Source of the DNA: an uncultured Actinomycetes bacterium
GTDB taxonomy: Bacteria > Actinomycetota > Actinomycetes > S36-B12 > CAIYMF01
Assembly (NCBI GenBank): GCA_963843975.1
Contig: CAWJMG010000003.1
Span: 1,710,001-1,742,000 of the forward strand
Direction of reading: 5' to 3'
Length of the DNA: 32,000 nt
Positions within the stretch are counted from its first letter, which is position 1, and every line of letters starts with the position of its first letter. Below are positions 30,905 through 32,000 of this stretch, one piece after another. Both the position numbers and the translations under genes were made by a program. The notes below the pieces were generated by a model. It was not told the DNA's origin. It saw only the letters and a list, made by a program, of their open reading frames with translations, and did no database searches.

Positions 30905-32000
30905 GACTCCTCCTCCGGCAGCGGCATGACCGAGTGGTTGGGTGCGTCGCACGTGCGTCCCTTGCGGTGCCGGTGGACGTCGTCGGAGAAGACGTGCAGG
31001 CCGGACACCAGCATGCGCAGCGCGCCGTCGGGGTGGCGGCACGCTCCGCGCCCGGAGATCTCGCCGACGTACTTGTCGAGCGTGGCGCGACCGGAGCGGG
31101 AGAGCTTGCCGGCGGTGAGGTCGTCGACGAGCGAGGACGCCGCGGTGAGCCCGAACAGGCACGGGCCGCACTGGCGGGCGGACTGACCGGCGAGGTAGCG
31201 CAGCAGCCTGGCCGACTCCTCGATGCCGCACGCGTTCGCGGGCAGCGGCCCGACGAGGCCGGCGCCGACGGACAGCCCATGGTCGCGGAGCGCGGCGTTG
31301 TCGACGGGCAGGTGGGCGATGCGGTCCCAGGGCACCCACGAGCCGCCGTACCCGCCGAGCAGGACCGCCTGCGGGAGGCGGCCGTCGGGCGATCGCCAGG
31401 TGTGGGCGACCACGTCGCCGAAGGTCTCGTCCGGGCCGACCTCGACGACGGCGCGGTAGGTGTCGTTGATGACGGTGAGGAGGCTGGTCGGCGCGTAGCC
31501 GGCGACGCCGACGTGGGAGAGCAGCCCCGCGCGCGCCAGCGTCTCCGCGTTGTTGACGAGCACCGGCCGCTCGCCCTCGGACCACGGCCGGGCCGGGTCG
31601 GCGACCCAGCGCGGCAGCGTCGGGCCGCCCTCGAGGGTGCGGATGATGCCGGTGGCCTCGCCCGAGAGATAGCGGTCGGGCGCTGCGATCACGCGGATGG
31701 GCGGGTCGATCTCGCCCGCGGCCGCGCGCTCGGCGAGGGCGCGCGTGATCGAGCGGGCGGTCGCGAAGGCGCCGTCGTGGATCCAGACGACACCCTCGTT
31801 GGCCGCGAGCACCTCGATCGCGGCGACGAGGCCGTCGAGCACGAGGTGCGGTCGCGTCTGCAGGAGCACGGCGTCCTTGGCGCATCCGGGCTCGCCCTCG
31901 GCGGCGTTCGCGACGACCGTCGCACCGGGCCCGTGGGCCAGCACCGAGCGCCACTTGGCTGCGGCCGGGAAGTGACCGCCGCCTCGCCCGGTGAGGTGCA
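30901..32000 (-). CDS. NuoF-like (respiratory complex I 51-kDa subunit family) flavoprotein; N-terminus lies beyond the right window edge
   Basis: The frame stays open upstream of the listed GTG at 31944 to the window edge, reading ..HLTGRGGGHFPAAAKWRSV (compare NuoF GLRGRGGAGFPTGLKW). Further motifs are VVANAAEGEPGCAKD, VNNAETLA, QSARQCGPCLFG and GRGACRHPDG. Confidence 0.8.
   Translation of the reverse strand, partial: HLTGRGGGHFPAAAKWRSVLAHGPGATVVANAAEGEPGCAKDAVLLQTRPHLVLDGLVAAIEVLAANEGVVWIHDGAFATARSITRALAERAAAGEIDPPIRVIAAPDRYLSGEATGIIRTLEGGPTLPRWVADPARPWSEGERPVLVNNAETLARAGLLSHVGVAGYAPTSLLTVINDTYRAVVEVGPDETFGDVVAHTWRSPDGRLPQAVLLGGYGGSWVPWDRIAHLPVDNAALRDHGLSVGAGLVGPLPANACGIEESARLLRYLAGQSARQCGPCLFGLTAASSLVDDLTAGKLSRSGRATLDKYVGEISGRGACRHPDGALRMLVSGLHVFSDDVHRHRKGRTCDAPNHSVMPLPEEES

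Noticed and set aside
1-32000. tRNA/rRNA genes, CRISPR arrays, IS elements, integrases, and a compositional island
   Set aside because: I saw no T-loop-type GGTTCGA motifs, no regularly spaced direct repeats, no transposase- or integrase-like ORFs, and no extended region of atypical composition. Only short intergenic stretches are less GC-rich.

Overview
Very GC-rich, gene-dense chromosomal segment. Third codon positions are almost always G/C, and the gene content looks actinobacterial. I support 27 protein-coding genes. I found no rRNA or tRNA genes, CRISPR arrays, transposases, integrases or other mobile-element signatures. Most long ORFs in the six-frame track are antisense or out-of-frame shadows, which is typical of high-GC DNA. 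I chose real frames by G/C third-position bias, recognisable motifs and Shine-Dalgarno (SD) spacing. Left to right: a DHA2-type MFS exporter (partial), a HipA-like kinase overlapping a DUF3037-like gene, and a small His-rich membrane protein. Next is a copper-handling operon (membrane protein, CopC, CopD::CtaG fusion). The most interesting locus follows at about 6.7-12.5 kb. It is a predicted haem/NO-sensing phosphorelay: an OmpR-type regulator, an H-NOX protein, an HNOBA-PAS histidine kinase with a degenerate receiver, a GAF hybrid kinase, and a convergent stand-alone Hpt gene. After that come an AI-2E transporter, an acetyl-CoA hydrolase/transferase, a polytopic GT-C-like membrane protein, an ABM monooxygenase and an agmatinase-family ureohydrolase. 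Divergent from the ureohydrolase is a 974-aa tri-domain fusion (APH-type kinase, degenerate M23, class-III aminotransferase/phospho-lyase-like) coupled to a P-loop protein. The remainder holds a membrane GGDEF(degenerate)-EAL protein, PPK2, a cupin, and a large secreted S8 protease with an apparent +1 frameshift in its C-terminal region. It ends with a nucleoside-kinase-like P-loop gene, a DUF5522-like Cys-rich gene, a [3Fe-4S]-type ferredoxin and a NuoF-like flavoprotein (partial). Four-nucleotide start/stop overlaps (ATGA or GTGA) occur at 5117-5120, 8780-8783, 11191-11194, 21367-21370, 29760-29763 and 30901-30904. A 17-nt overlap occurs at 2311-2327. These indicate extensive translational coupling. 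All family assignments come from motif recognition by eye and need HMM or BLAST confirmation.
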